Under the pieces are notes generated by a model, which saw only the letters and a list, made by a program, of their open reading frames with translations, searched no databases and was not told where the DNA came from. Source: an uncultured Verrucomicrobiae bacterium (lineage in GTDB: Bacteria; Verrucomicrobiota; Verrucomicrobiia; Chthoniobacterales; UBA10450). From it: DNA of 64,000 nt. Positions 20,239 through 30,789 of this stretch are shown here, in pieces. The stretch lies in the NCBI GenBank assembly GCA_963815455.1, contig CAWFGO010000001.1:960001-1024000 (forward strand), read 5' to 3'. The position numbers and the translations under genes are program-made. Position 1 is the stretch's first letter; each line of letters opens with the position of its first letter.

Positions 20239-20805
20239 CTAGTTCTGAGCGATTAAGGTCGTGGAAGCGCGGAATTTCTTGCTCCCGGCGTAGGCGTAAA
20301 GTGGGACATAGCAGTTGCGGCGAATTTTCTCGGAGCGAGTCGCGGTATGATTGAACGTGGGATCCAGGACGTAGCTACCACTGTCGGTCTGCCATTCGAG
20401 CCAGGCGTGGGTCCGGCGGCTCGTCGGAGCGCGTTTCCCAATGACCAAACGAAGATGGGTCGCACCCTGGCTTTTCATTCTTTTATAAAGGGCGACCGCT
20501 TTGCCTTTGCAGTCGGCCGGTCGCCGTGACTCCACCTCAGCTGGCGTTCTCCAGACCTTTTGGAAACCGTAGGGAATATCACGCAGATCGCTCATCCAGA
20601 TGTTTACCAAGGCAAGTGAGGTATGATCTGTTGAGGAGCCGGCTGTGGTCAGGACCTCGCGAATAGGGGTCATTTGGCGATCATAGGGGGTGCCTTTGAC
20701 GGTCAGCATCAAAGCGTCGGCAAAAGTGTTTGCGGCAGGCAGGCCGACGAGTATAAAGGCTACAAGGAGAGCTGGTTGGATCTTGGAGAGGCTTATATGT
20801 TTCAT
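20239..20805 (-). CDS. Secreted transglutaminase-like cysteine protease, paralog 2
   Basis: TPYDRQM, WRTPAEV..ADCKGKAVALY, THAWLEW and YVLDPTF are shared with 2502-3140. Confidence 0.75.
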   Translation of the reverse strand: MKHISLSKIQPALLVAFILVGLPAANTFADALMLTVKGTPYDRQMTPIREVLTTAGSSTDHTSLALVNIWMSDLRDIPYGFQKVWRTPAEVESRRPADCKGKAVALYKRMKSQGATHLRLVIGKRAPTSRRTHAWLEWQTDSGSYVLDPTFNHTATRSEKIRRNCYVPLYAYAGSKKFRASTTLIAQN

Positions 20806-20824
20806 ACTAATTATAATTACCATA

Positions 20825-20840
20825 AGCATTGCCCATGCCA
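20825..20840 (-). promoter_or_regulatory. sigma54-like -24/-12 promoter
   Basis: TGGCATGGGCAATGCT. Confidence 0.7.
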
Positions 20841-21011
20841 GATCCCAGGGGAGAAGTTCTACTGGATTGCGAGCCCGGATCGTGACGGCGTTAGGCCCGA
20901 AGTGGAGGCCCGACGCGACCAGCGCTGGCAATCCGTTTTGTCAGAGCGACGCGCATCGCCCTGAAGACGTAGTTAATTCGATTCTCGCTTTTTCAGGACG
21001 TAATCCGTTCA

Positions 21012-22487
21012 ATGAAGCCAATGTATCTCGATCTTTTCAAGCTCGCGTCGCCTGAAGCGGTCGTCGCTCTGTTGGCGCTCGTTACGCTCGCGATCGGGCT
21101 CGCAAGTGCCCGCGCATCGGCGCTCTGTTCATTCGTTGCCGCGGTCGGACTCATTATCGCGATCGCCGCCGTGCTCATGCTCCCACAACACGCCACGCTG
21201 TTCGGCGGAATGCTCGTAATTTCCCCGCTGACCTCGCTTTTCAAAATCATCTGCCTCGTACTGGCCTTTTTCACGGTGATTCTGGCGAACAGCGACCGCA
21301 CCTCGCGCAACCATGGCGAATATCTCTCGCTCCTCCTGCTCGCGACAATCGGGCTGATGCTCCTGGTAGGGAGCGAAGAGCTGTTAATGATCTTCATCGG
21401 GCTCGAACTCACCGGCCTCTCGCTTTACGTCATGGCCGCTTTCGACAAGACCGACATCCGTTCAGCCGAAGCCGGCCTGAAATACTTTTTGTTCGGCAGC
21501 ACCGCCAGCGCCTTCACGCTTTTTGGAATCAGCCTGGTTTACGGCCTGACCGGCAGCACCGGGCTCGGAGCGATTGGCCACAGCCTTGCCGCCGGCTCGC
21601 TCCAGCCGCTGCTCGCCGCCGGCATTATCATGACCCTCGTTGGATTTGCCTTCAAGATCGCTGCCGCGCCCTTCCATCTCTGGGCGCCTGACGCATATCA
21701 GGGCGCGCCCATCCCGAGCGCGGCATTTATCGCGTCCGGATCGAAAGTCGCGTCGTTTGTCGTGCTCGGAAAAATTACTCTCCTGGGTTTTGGCCCCGCG
21801 CATGGCAGCGCCGACTGGCACGAAATGGTTGCCGGATGGGCGCCGGTACTCGGCGCTCTAGCCGCATTGTCGATCCTGTTAGGCAATCTTGTTGCGCTGG
21901 CCCAGTCCAATGTCCGTCGCTTGCTGGCCTATTCGGCCGTCGCCCATGCCGGGTACACTTTGCTCGGCCTGGTCGCCGGCACTCACAACGGATTTTCCGC
22001 GACGTTATTTTACACCACCACCTACGCAATCACGCTCGTCGGCGCATTTGGTGTTGTCGGCCTGGTTCGGCGCGAAACCGGCGGCGACGATTTGCAGAAT
22101 TTCGCCGGGTTGTCGTCGCGCTCGCCGCTGCTGGCGGGTTGCATGTCGATCTTCATGCTCTCGCTGGCGGGCCTGCCACCTCTGGCCGGATTTTTCGGGA
22201 AATTCTATTTGTTCAGCGCAGCGCTGCAGGCCGGCGCAAATCGCGGCCTGCTTTGGCTCGTGGCGCTCGCCCTCCTCGGCAGCATCATGTCCCTCTATTA
22301 TTATTTGATCGTGCTAAAAGTGATCTTCACCAGCACCGATCCGCGCTCAGCCACGCAATCCCTCAACCACTCACACTCCTCTGCCTGGTTGCAACAAATC
22401 GCGACAACCGCGCTTGCCGCCGCTGTTTTGCTGCTCGGAATAATGCCGTCTGCGCTGGTCGCCCGCATCGCAATAGCACTCCCCTAG
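21012..22487 (+). CDS. nuoN: NADH-quinone oxidoreductase subunit N
   Basis: SAEAGLKYF, FKIAAAPFHLWAPDAYQGAP, LLAYSAVAHAGY, SLAGLPPLAGFFGK. Confidence 0.95.
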   Translation: MKPMYLDLFKLASPEAVVALLALVTLAIGLASARASALCSFVAAVGLIIAIAAVLMLPQHATLFGGMLVISPLTSLFKIICLVLAFFTVILANSDRTSRNHGEYLSLLLLATIGLMLLVGSEELLMIFIGLELTGLSLYVMAAFDKTDIRSAEAGLKYFLFGSTASAFTLFGISLVYGLTGSTGLGAIGHSLAAGSLQPLLAAGIIMTLVGFAFKIAAAPFHLWAPDAYQGAPIPSAAFIASGSKVASFVVLGKITLLGFGPAHGSADWHEMVAGWAPVLGALAALSILLGNLVALAQSNVRRLLAYSAVAHAGYTLLGLVAGTHNGFSATLFYTTTYAITLVGAFGVVGLVRRETGGDDLQNFAGLSSRSPLLAGCMSIFMLSLAGLPPLAGFFGKFYLFSAALQAGANRGLLWLVALALLGSIMSLYYYLIVLKVIFTSTDPRSATQSLNHSHSSAWLQQIATTALAAAVLLLGIMPSALVARIAIALP

Positions 22488-24232
22488 CCGGGCCCCGTTT
22501 CACGCTCTGCCACCGCGAGCTGCGCTCGCAAAAGATCGTGGAGCGTGACAATCCCGAGAAGGTTGGTTCCGCTGTCGTCCGTAACCATCAGAGTCCCGGT
22601 AGTCGATTGGATCACTCTTTTTTGCGATTCGCGAATCGATTCTCCCGGTCGACAGGTCATGGCGGGTTGCAGCTTGGGCGCTCGATTCTCTGCCACAGCA
22701 GCGGCGATTTCCGTTCGCGGCGCAACGCCTTTCAATTCGCCATCTTCCACCACCGGAAAATGCCGATATGGATATTGATCGATCAACCGGGACAGGGCCG
22801 CTTCGGACAGATCGCTGACCGCCACCGGTTTGAAATTCGCCAGTGCGGAGATGGGGAGATTCTGCCATTCGCGCAAGTCGCGGGGCGGAATGACATGGTC
22901 TAGATCGTGTCCATCCTGGGAAAGCACCTGTTCGTAAAAATTGATGTGATTAATCGAGCGTGCGATGACCTGGCTGATCAAGCCCGCCAGCATCAATCCC
23001 GGCACCAGGGCGAACTGGTGGGTCATTTCGAAAATGATCAGAATGGCGGTAACCGGGGCGAGGACAACCGCGCCAAGACAGGCGCTCATTCCGCCCACTG
23101 CCAGAAGGAGAGTATCGCTTTGGTTAAGCTGCAAAAAATGCCCGCCGAGACCGGCCACGACCGCGCCGCACATGCCACCGAAAAACAGATTGGGCGAAAA
23201 AATTCCGCCGCAGCCGCCAAATCCGTAGCAGGCGATGGTGACAATCAATTTGCCGGCGAGCATCACCGCCGCCAGTTGCCAGGCAAAGCCATGGTTCAGT
23301 GCGTCGGACAAATCCTCGTAACCAAGCGCGAATACTCCGAGACGCGCAGTCGTTAGGAAAACGGTGGCGCCGATAATCCATGTAATCAGTCCGCCAGCCA
23401 GCGGGTGCAGCCAGCGCGGAACGGCGCGCACTTTCTTCATCGCCGCTCGCAAACCCAAGGATGCACGTTGAAACAAGATTCCTACCAATGCGGCGAGTCC
23501 GGCTGCAATCGGCATTAACAAATATGAGCGCCAGGTCGGTTCGCCAATCTGGGGCAAAACAAACGCCGGCTGCGGTCCGATCAGCGCATGAACAATGAAT
23601 GCGCCGATAACCGCGGCGAGAAGGACGGGCCCAAGTGATCGGCTGTTCAGATCGCCGATTATCTCCTCCAGCACGAAAGCGACCGAAGCCAGCGGCGCAT
23701 TGAACGCCGCAGCCAAACCAGCGGCGGCTCCAGCCGCGCTGGCCGCGCGCCGGTTCTGTTTCGAGACACCGAGCCATCCCGCTATCGTCGAAGAAAAATT
23801 TGCGCCGATTTGCACGGTCGGGCCCTCCCGCCCGAGACTTTGGCCACCGCCGATACAAAGGACCCCGGCGATAAACTTAACAAACGCGATCCGCCGCGGC
23901 GAGTGCCCGAACTCCTTCCAGAAATTTAATTTCACCTGCGGCACGCCGCTACCGGCAGCATCGGGAGCAAACGAATTCAAGAGCCATCCTACAATCAGGG
24001 ACGAAACCACGATGGTGCCCAGACTGATCGAGAGAAAATTGCGCCCGGTAGCTGCCGGCATCCTGAAGGCGTGGGAGTAAAGCCAGTTGATTGCCAGTTG
24101 AAATCCAACCGCGGCGATGCTCGCGGCCAGGCCGTAAACACACGTTCCCAAAATGGGACGCGCCTTGTCATGCAGCCGATGAAATTCCGCCGCCAACGAC
24201 TTCACACGCGACCATAGCGCAACCTCGCCCAA
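22484..24232 (-). CDS. ClC chloride channel/antiporter with CBS domains
   Basis: GSGVP, GREGP, AFNAP, GGIFSP, C-terminal CBS (GIVTLHDLL). Confidence 0.92.
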   Translation of the reverse strand: MGEVALWSRVKSLAAEFHRLHDKARPILGTCVYGLAASIAAVGFQLAINWLYSHAFRMPAATGRNFLSISLGTIVVSSLIVGWLLNSFAPDAAGSGVPQVKLNFWKEFGHSPRRIAFVKFIAGVLCIGGGQSLGREGPTVQIGANFSSTIAGWLGVSKQNRRAASAAGAAAGLAAAFNAPLASVAFVLEEIIGDLNSRSLGPVLLAAVIGAFIVHALIGPQPAFVLPQIGEPTWRSYLLMPIAAGLAALVGILFQRASLGLRAAMKKVRAVPRWLHPLAGGLITWIIGATVFLTTARLGVFALGYEDLSDALNHGFAWQLAAVMLAGKLIVTIACYGFGGCGGIFSPNLFFGGMCGAVVAGLGGHFLQLNQSDTLLLAVGGMSACLGAVVLAPVTAILIIFEMTHQFALVPGLMLAGLISQVIARSINHINFYEQVLSQDGHDLDHVIPPRDLREWQNLPISALANFKPVAVSDLSEAALSRLIDQYPYRHFPVVEDGELKGVAPRTEIAAAVAENRAPKLQPAMTCRPGESIRESQKRVIQSTTGTLMVTDDSGTNLLGIVTLHDLLRAQLAVAERETGPG

Positions 24233-24259
24233 CTCGAAACTTGAGGGGGAAAAAAACGC

Positions 24260-25312
24260 GTGCTCAACAGCGAGCCATTAAGCTATAACTTTTTTGCATC
24301 GACACCGAACGAGACAGATAGCAAAAGTGATCGCGTGAAGACCGGCAGCATTAGCCAGTTCATTGATCGCCATTATCGGCACTTCAATGCCGCCGTTCTG
24401 AAAGACGCCGCCGACGCCTACATCGCCTACCTCGATGGCGGAGGAAAAATGATGGTTACACTCGCCGGCGCCATGAGCACGGCCGAGCTGGGAATCTCCC
24501 TCGCGGAAATGATTCGCCAGGACAAGGTCCACGCCATCACCTGCACCGGCGCCAATCTGGAGGAGGACCTCTTTAATCTGGTGGCCCGCACCAAATACGA
24601 GCGCATTCCAAATTATCGCGAATTGACCTCGCTCCAGGAGGAGGAGTTGCTCGCTCGCCATCTAAACCGGGTGACGGACACCTGTATTCCCGAAGAGGAA
24701 GCCATTCGCCGGATCGAGAAGGTCGTGATCGAAGAGTGGATTGCCGCCGCGAAAAATAACGAGCAATTTTTCCCGCACCAATTTCTCTTCAAGATCCTAA
24801 GAGAATGTCGACTAAAGAAATTTTACGAGATCGACCCGGCCGACAGTTGGATGATGGCAGCGGCCCAGAAAGATCTTCCGATGTTCGTTCCTGGCTGGGA
24901 GGACTCAACGCTCGGAAACATTTATGCGGCCCGTTGCATTACAGGCGACATTGCCGCCGTCCACACCGTCCGCTCGGGAATCGAATATATGATCGCACTG
25001 GCGGATTGGTATCGTCGGATCACGGCCGATTCGTCGATCGGCTTTTTCCAGATCGGCGGCGGAATCGCGGGCGATTTTCCGATCTGCGTGGTGCCCATGC
25101 TCAATCAGGACGTCGTTCGCACCCTGGTTCCGGAATGGGGTTATTTTTGCCAGATCAGCGATTCGACAACCAGCTTCGGATCCTATTCCGGAGCCGTGCC
25201 TAACGAAAAAATCACGTGGGGCAAACTCCGCGCCGAAACCCCGAAATATATTATCGAGTCCGACGCCACCATCGTCGCCCCGTTGATCTTCGCAAAGGTT
25301 CTCGGCTGGTAG
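24260..25312 (+). CDS. Deoxyhypusine synthase-family protein
   Basis: GAMSTAELG, TGANLEED, IGGG, GSYSGA.PNEKITWGK, SDATIVAP. Confidence 0.9.
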   Translation: MLNSEPLSYNFFASTPNETDSKSDRVKTGSISQFIDRHYRHFNAAVLKDAADAYIAYLDGGGKMMVTLAGAMSTAELGISLAEMIRQDKVHAITCTGANLEEDLFNLVARTKYERIPNYRELTSLQEEELLARHLNRVTDTCIPEEEAIRRIEKVVIEEWIAAAKNNEQFFPHQFLFKILRECRLKKFYEIDPADSWMMAAAQKDLPMFVPGWEDSTLGNIYAARCITGDIAAVHTVRSGIEYMIALADWYRRITADSSIGFFQIGGGIAGDFPICVVPMLNQDVVRTLVPEWGYFCQISDSTTSFGSYSGAVPNEKITWGKLRAETPKYIIESDATIVAPLIFAKVLGW

Positions 25313-25377
25313 CTTCAGCAGCGCCGTTCCGTCTGGATCTGCTTGACCCACTGACGGTTCCTGAGAGAATGGCTCGC

Positions 25378-26058
25378 ATGAAAACTTCTCTGTTCTTAGC
25401 TATTGTTTTTGCGGCGGCGTTGCTGGCGTCGCCCTCATTCGCGCAAGAAAACGCTTCGTCCTCTTCGAGCCCAGCCCCGGCAACGGCGAGCACGGGTCAA
25501 CCGGTGGCGGGGGCCCCGAACGAAGCTGAGATGATGAAGCAGATGATGGAATTGGCCAAGCTGAATGAAAACCACAAGCTTCTCGCCGACATGGCCGGTA
25601 CCTGGAACTACACAGTCAAAATGTGGATGAATCCGGCCGATGCCAGCGCCAAACCGGAGACTTACAAAGGCACGGCGGTGCGAAAACCGATCATGGAGGG
25701 CCGCTATTATACCCTCGACGTGAGCGGCAAAATGGAGATGCCCGGAGCCGATGGAAAAAAGAAGGAGATGATGTTCAAGGGAATGTCCATTGAAGGCTAC
25801 GATAACGTGAAGAAGAAATTCATCGGCACCTGGATCGACAATATGGGCACCGGCATGATGTTCTCGGAAGGCACGTACGATCCGGCCACCAAAACGTTCA
25901 CGTATACCGGCGAATTCGAAGCGGTTCCGGGAATGAAACAACAAATCCGTGAAACGCTAAAGTTGGTCGATAAAAACCATCACGTCATGGAATGGTACGA
26001 AAACCGCGGTGGCCAGGAAATGAAGACAATGGAGATCGATTACACGCGCAAGAAATGA
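25378..26058 (+). CDS. Secreted DUF1579-like protein
   Basis: Signal peptide; H..L....G.W, GYDN.KKKF.GTWIDNMGTG, MEIDYTRK. Confidence 0.75.
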   Translation: MKTSLFLAIVFAAALLASPSFAQENASSSSSPAPATASTGQPVAGAPNEAEMMKQMMELAKLNENHKLLADMAGTWNYTVKMWMNPADASAKPETYKGTAVRKPIMEGRYYTLDVSGKMEMPGADGKKKEMMFKGMSIEGYDNVKKKFIGTWIDNMGTGMMFSEGTYDPATKTFTYTGEFEAVPGMKQQIRETLKLVDKNHHVMEWYENRGGQEMKTMEIDYTRKK

Positions 26059-26089
26059 TGCGGGCGGTTTAACCAGCGGCAAAAGCAGC

Positions 26090-26118
26090 GCGGCGGCGAC
26101 CAGGACGATCGCCGCCGC
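26090..26118. terminator. GC-rich hairpin between convergent genes
   Basis: GCGGCGGCGA-N9-TCGCCGCCGC. Confidence 0.45.
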
Positions 26119-26145
26119 TTCGATGTGCCGAAGTAAAAGCCGCTG

Positions 26146-26538
26146 TTATTCCTTTGCCGCGTCGTGAAGCTTTTTCCGGGCGTTCCGCATTTCTTCCCGC
26201 GCTTTCTGCATTTCGTCGAATTTCTTCTGCTGCTCAGGTGTAAGCAGCGGACGAATCTGTGTCGCGGCGTTGTCCATCACCGCTTTGGCTTTCTGCATCG
26301 CCTCCTGGTGGATCGCCATGATCTGCGGTTTCGCCTGATCGACGATCGGTTGAACCTTGGCCTGTTGATCCGCCGTCAGGTTCAGCCCCTGGGTTAAATG
26401 TTCCATGGCGAATCCATGGCCGCGATGTCCACGGCCGTGCCAGCAACTGCCGCTCTGGCCCGATTCCGCCCGCGCCAGGACGAATCCGCTTAACACGATG
26501 GCGCTGATCCCTGCGATTGTTAGTAAGTTTCGTTTCAT
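26146..26538 (-). CDS. Spy/CpxP-family periplasmic protein
   Basis: Signal peptide; LNLTADQQ and LTPEQQ (LTXXQ) motifs. Confidence 0.8.
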   Translation of the reverse strand: MKRNLLTIAGISAIVLSGFVLARAESGQSGSCWHGRGHRGHGFAMEHLTQGLNLTADQQAKVQPIVDQAKPQIMAIHQEAMQKAKAVMDNAATQIRPLLTPEQQKKFDEMQKAREEMRNARKKLHDAAKE

Positions 26539-26605
26539 AATCTTGATTTTGATCTTGTTTGGTTGTTTAGCCCGGAACGTTTCCGAGCCGTTGGTTTCAT
26601 ACGTG

Positions 26606-26634
26606 ATGACCGGTCGTCCCCGACACGGGTTACA
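26606..26634 (-). promoter_or_regulatory. Putative ECF sigma promoter TGTAAC-N17-GGTCAT
   Basis: Matches the divergent promoter at 26679 in motif and spacing. Confidence 0.6.
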
Positions 26635-26678
26635 ATTTTTTTGCAGAAACGGACGCAACGAACTTTTTTTAAGAAATT

Positions 26679-26707
26679 TGTAACTATGGCCCGTCTAAGG
26701 AGGTCTT
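26679..26707 (+). promoter_or_regulatory. Putative ECF sigma promoter TGTAAC-N17-GGTCTT
   Basis: Upstream of the ECF sigma gene; AAC-containing -35 typical of ECF promoters. Confidence 0.6.
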
Positions 26708-26737
26708 GGCTAGTAGTGTGGACGCGTTCTCGACTAC

Positions 26738-27319
26738 ATGGAATATCCTGATGCAAGCGCGCTGGTGGAAGCCGCGCTCCGGCACGACGATGAAGCAGCT
26801 CGCGAATTGGTTCGCCGTCTTTATCCCTTTGTGGCAAAAATCGTTTGCTCGCATCGGGCCCAGCGCACTCCAGAGGAGGACCTTTGTCAGATGATTTTTA
26901 TCAGGATGTTTCAAAAATTGAATCAGTTTTCCGGCAAAGTGCCGCTCGAGCACTGGGTCTCGAGAATCGCGGTCAACACTTGTCTCAACCAGATTGCCGC
27001 CGAGAAAATCCGTCCCGAATTGCGCCACGCCGACCTGAGCGAAGAGGAACAAGCCGTCGTGGAAAACCTGGCATCGTCGCCGGATGAGCTCGCTCCCGAC
27101 CAGCGCTTTGCCGCGCGCCAGCTGGTCGAACATTTGCTCGATCTGCTAAAGCCAGCCGAGCGCCTGGTGATTGATCTGCTTTATTTACAGGGGCGGTCCG
27201 TCGAAGAAATACGAAAAATTACTGGATGGAGCGCTCCACTGGTCAAAGTGCGTGCTTTTCGTGCCCGGCAAAAAATGAAAACGCAACTCGCCAGGATTTC
27301 GGCAAAGGAGAGTTCATGA
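26738..27319 (+). CDS. ECF RNA polymerase sigma factor
   Basis: EDLCQ.IF, W..RIAVN.C (region 2); S.EEI....G.....VKVR.FRAR (region 4). Confidence 0.93.
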   Translation: MEYPDASALVEAALRHDDEAARELVRRLYPFVAKIVCSHRAQRTPEEDLCQMIFIRMFQKLNQFSGKVPLEHWVSRIAVNTCLNQIAAEKIRPELRHADLSEEEQAVVENLASSPDELAPDQRFAARQLVEHLLDLLKPAERLVIDLLYLQGRSVEEIRKITGWSAPLVKVRAFRARQKMKTQLARISAKESS

Positions 27320-27624
27320 ACGATGTCGATCCAAACGTAGACCGGTTACTGCGAGCGGCCGCGCTGTCACAACAGGAAGCGTCGGTCGAAGCGCCGTTCG
27401 GATTCGACACGCGCGTGGTTGCGCTCTGGCGCGGGCTTGAGAAAACCGAGTTCGTTGGCCTGGCCCGGTTGTTGCGGCGAGTCGCCCTCGTCGCCGCCGT
27501 CATCACCATCATCACCGCCGCGGGCGTTTACTGGGAAGCGAATGAGAGCCGGGAAAGCAGCGAGCCGTTCGCGAACGAATTCATGATCGCGGACTCGACA
27601 ATTCAATCGGAATTTTCGCCATGA
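27316..27624 (+). CDS. Putative single-TM anti-sigma factor
   Basis: Coupled to the sigma gene; APFGFDTRVVA then one TM helix. Confidence 0.65.
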   Translation: MNDVDPNVDRLLRAAALSQQEASVEAPFGFDTRVVALWRGLEKTEFVGLARLLRRVALVAAVITIITAAGVYWEANESRESSEPFANEFMIADSTIQSEFSP

Positions 27625-28055
27625 ACCGCGCGTTACAATGGAAACTGATCGCGGGATTTCTCCTGGTCTTTATCGCGGGAGGGACCACCGGCGCCTTCTT
27701 TGGCGCGGCGCACGCCCGCCATCAGTTTCTTGAATCGCCGCACCGTGGAATGATGAGCGCGCGGATTCGGGATCGGCTGCGATCCCAACTCGATTTGACG
27801 CCGGAACAACTGGCCAAGATATCGCCCATCATCGACAAGACGGCAGCCCAGCTCGAACAAATCCGGCGCGAAACGGGCCGGCGGGTGCACGACCTGATGC
27901 AGAATGCCCACAAAGAAATGACCGCCAATCTTACCGACGATCAGCGCGCCAGATTACAAAAGATCGAAGAACGGCATCGCCACTGGCGTCATCATTCGCC
28001 TGAGTTTCACCGGCACCAGCCGCCGTCACCCTCCGGACACGAACCGGAGCCATAG
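27621..28055 (+). CDS. Membrane-anchored Spy/CpxP-like periplasmic sensor with His-rich tail
   Basis: N-terminal TM, LDLTPEQ and LTDDQ motifs, His-rich C-terminus. Confidence 0.7.
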   Translation: MNRALQWKLIAGFLLVFIAGGTTGAFFGAAHARHQFLESPHRGMMSARIRDRLRSQLDLTPEQLAKISPIIDKTAAQLEQIRRETGRRVHDLMQNAHKEMTANLTDDQRARLQKIEERHRHWRHHSPEFHRHQPPSPSGHEPEP

Positions 28056-28107
28056 AGTGTAGAGGCGGCCGTATCGGCCGCGTATGACGGGGGAACCAAC
28101 CTTCAGG

Positions 28108-28281
28108 TTACGTCACCTTTTTCCCGACCCACGCGCCGGCAATGATGAAGATCAAGAACAGCACCAGGAATAGGAAAAACAGGAATTTTGCTATGCCAGC
28201 CGCCGCCGCGGCGATGCCGGTGAATCCCAGGAGCGCTGCGATCAGCGCGATGACCAAAAATACTGCAGCCCAATATAACAT
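28108..28281 (-). CDS. DUF1328 (YtjA-like) small membrane protein
   Basis: [35 protein letters not shown]. Confidence 0.88.
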   Translation of the reverse strand: MLYWAAVFLVIALIAALLGFTGIAAAAAGIAKFLFFLFLVLFLIFIIAGAWVGKKVT

Positions 28282-28374
28282 CTTAATTACCTCCGCTGTT
28301 GATTCGTATCTGGCGGCGCGGTTGCGCGGGTGTCCAGTCACTTTCAGCCAGGTTGGCGCCTGGCACAGAACGCC

Positions 28375-29385
28375 CTACAAATTTTCCGCAATCTCGCGCA
28401 GCAGTCCCGGTCCCCGATAAATAAAACCGGTATAAACCTGAAGAAGCTGCGCGCCGGCGGCGAATTTTTCCCGGGCTGATTCGGCATCGAAAATTCCGCC
28501 GGAGGCGATGATCGGAATTGTCGATCTTGTCGCAATCGCGCGCACCAACGCGGTCGATTTTTCGCGCAACGGTGCTCCGCTCAAACCACCTGGCCTGTCG
28601 AGAGCGGCCGGAATCGTAGAATGATCCAGTGTCGTGTTCGTGGCGACGATCCCGGCAACTCCGTTTTCTTCGCACGTCGCGATGATCTCTTCGAGATCGG
28701 GCGGCGAAAGATCGGGGGCAATTTTTACCAGGACCGGTTTCCGAGTGCCTCGATTTTCTTCGGCTATCGCGCTCAGCAATTGCGAAAGCGCCGCTCGCCC
28801 CTGCAAATCGCGCAAACCCGGCGTGTTGGGCGAACTGACATTGAGCACGATGTAATCGGCAAGCTCGCGAAGCTGGCGAAAAGAATGGAGATAGTCATCC
28901 GTCGCTTCTTCCAACGGGGTCGTTTTCGATTTGCCAATATTGATCCCGATCGGGACCGCCGGCCATCGATCTGTCTCGCGCAATTTACAGAGCCGCGCGG
29001 CGATCGCTTGGGCGCCGTCATTGTTGAATCCGAGACTATTAATAAGCGCCCGCTGCTCGGGGACACGAAAAATACGCGGCCTCGGATTTCCCAGCTGCGC
29101 CTTCGCGGTCACCGTGCCGATCTCGACGAACCCGAACCCGAGAGCAGCCAGCGCGGGAAGAGCAACGCCGTTCTTGTCGAAGCCCGCGGCCAGACCGATC
29201 GAATTCGGGAATGTAATCCCGAAAAGCGTTTTCGGTTTTGGAGCCGGCTGAAACGAGTCGAAAAGTTTCAGAACAGGATCGACATGCGACGCGACGCGCA
29301 ACAGCGAGATCGCAAAATGATGCGCCGTCTCGGCATCGAGGGAAAACAAGAGCGGCCGGACGAATCGCTCGTAGGCATTTTTCAT
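28375..29385 (-). CDS. pyrD: Quinone-dependent dihydroorotate dehydrogenase
   Basis: GLAAGFDKN, GTVT, NVSSPNTPGLR, KIAPD, TNTT, GGLSG. Confidence 0.95.
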   Translation of the reverse strand: MKNAYERFVRPLLFSLDAETAHHFAISLLRVASHVDPVLKLFDSFQPAPKPKTLFGITFPNSIGLAAGFDKNGVALPALAALGFGFVEIGTVTAKAQLGNPRPRIFRVPEQRALINSLGFNNDGAQAIAARLCKLRETDRWPAVPIGINIGKSKTTPLEEATDDYLHSFRQLRELADYIVLNVSSPNTPGLRDLQGRAALSQLLSAIAEENRGTRKPVLVKIAPDLSPPDLEEIIATCEENGVAGIVATNTTLDHSTIPAALDRPGGLSGAPLREKSTALVRAIATRSTIPIIASGGIFDAESAREKFAAGAQLLQVYTGFIYRGPGLLREIAENL

Positions 29386-30789
29386 TTGCCGATGCAGAAC
29401 TGACCGAAGACGGAGTCGAGAATTTGCTCCACGTCTACCGAGCCTATCACTTCGCCGACTGCACGGAGCGCTTCGTTAAGATCGACAACGGCATACTCCG
29501 ATGATGCGCCGCCGACCAGGGTTGAACGAGCCCGGTCGCACGATTCCAAAGCACGGCGGAGACAATCGCGATGTCTCGTATTGATCGCGACCGCGCTTTC
29601 CGCCCCCAAGTTTTCTCTGCAAACGCGAGCCAGTATTTCCTTCTCCAATTGCGGCAGACCTTCACCAGTCACGCATGAAATCCGCAGGGCAACGAAATTT
29701 TTCCAGTCATTGTGTTCGGGTAGATCGTGCTTATTCAAAATTACGACCTCATTTGCGCTGCCGGCGCGTTCGTCGAAATGCGGCGGTTTGGGCGCGCTAC
29801 GATCGGCGATGTGCAGCAACAGGTCAGCCGTTTGCAGCGATTTTTCCGTGCGAGCGATTCCTTCCCGTTCGATGTCGCCCGCTGATGTTCGCAATCCGGC
29901 GGTGTCGAGCAGTCGAACCGGGACGCCGTGCAAATTGATCGTTTCCTCGATGGTATCCCGGGTTGTGCCGGGCATTTCGCTCACAATGACGCGATCGTAG
30001 CCAAGCAGACGATTGAGCAGACTCGATTTGCCGGCATTAGTCGCGCCGTAAATCACAGCGCGGATGCCTTCGCGCAAGATTCGGCCGCGATCCGCGGTCG
30101 CGAGCAACATCGACATCTTGTTCCGGACCGAATCAAGCCGCGTCTGCAGCGACTCGCCCTGGTCGGGGTCGATTCCCTCCTCCGAGAAATCGATCGACGC
30201 TTCGATATGCGCGATCGAGCGAAATCAGCTCGTCGCGAATCTCCTTAATTTTCTGGCCGAGACTGCCTTCGAGTTGTTCGGTGGCGGAACGAAGCGCCAG
30301 ATCGGTCCTGGCCCGAATCAAATCGATAACCGCCTCGGCCTGGGTGAGATCCATTTTGCCGTTGAGAAATGCCCGCTCGGTGAATTCGCCCGGCCGCGCC
30401 GCGCGCGCCCTGGCGCGCAAACAAACCTCAAGAATTTTCGCGGTCACCAGCGTTCCACCGTGGCAACTGATCTCGACCAGATCTTCACCGGTATAGCTGG
30501 CCGGCTGGCGATGGACCGAAATCATCACCTGATCGACCATGCCACCCTTTTCATCGACGATTTCGCCAAAATGCTGAACATGTGACTCAAAACGGGACGG
30601 CGTTTCTTTCCCGCGAAAAATCCTGTCCGCCAGCTCAATTGCGTCCGCGCCCGAAATCCGGACCAGCGCAATCGCGCCCTCCCCCGCGGGCGTCGAGATG
30701 GCGGCAATCGTTTCGCCGGCGAGGATCGACCGATCCTGCGCCTCACCTAGCGGGTTGGCGAGAGCACTTCTTTCAGCGCTTCGATGCAT
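29382..30789 (-). CDS. mnmE: tRNA modification GTPase, split by a +1 frameshift near 30216 (start codon uncertain)
   Basis: TIAAISTP, SYTGED, GEFTERAFLNGKMDL, then GATNAGKSSL, GTTRD, DTAG and C-terminal FCIGK. Removing one base restores SLIAHIEASIDF. Confidence 0.92.

Noticed and set aside
30747..30789. 43-nt hisC/mnmE overlap as a special feature
   Set aside because: The mnmE start is uncertain and the residues before TIAAISTP do not look conserved, so the overlap may be a start-calling artefact.
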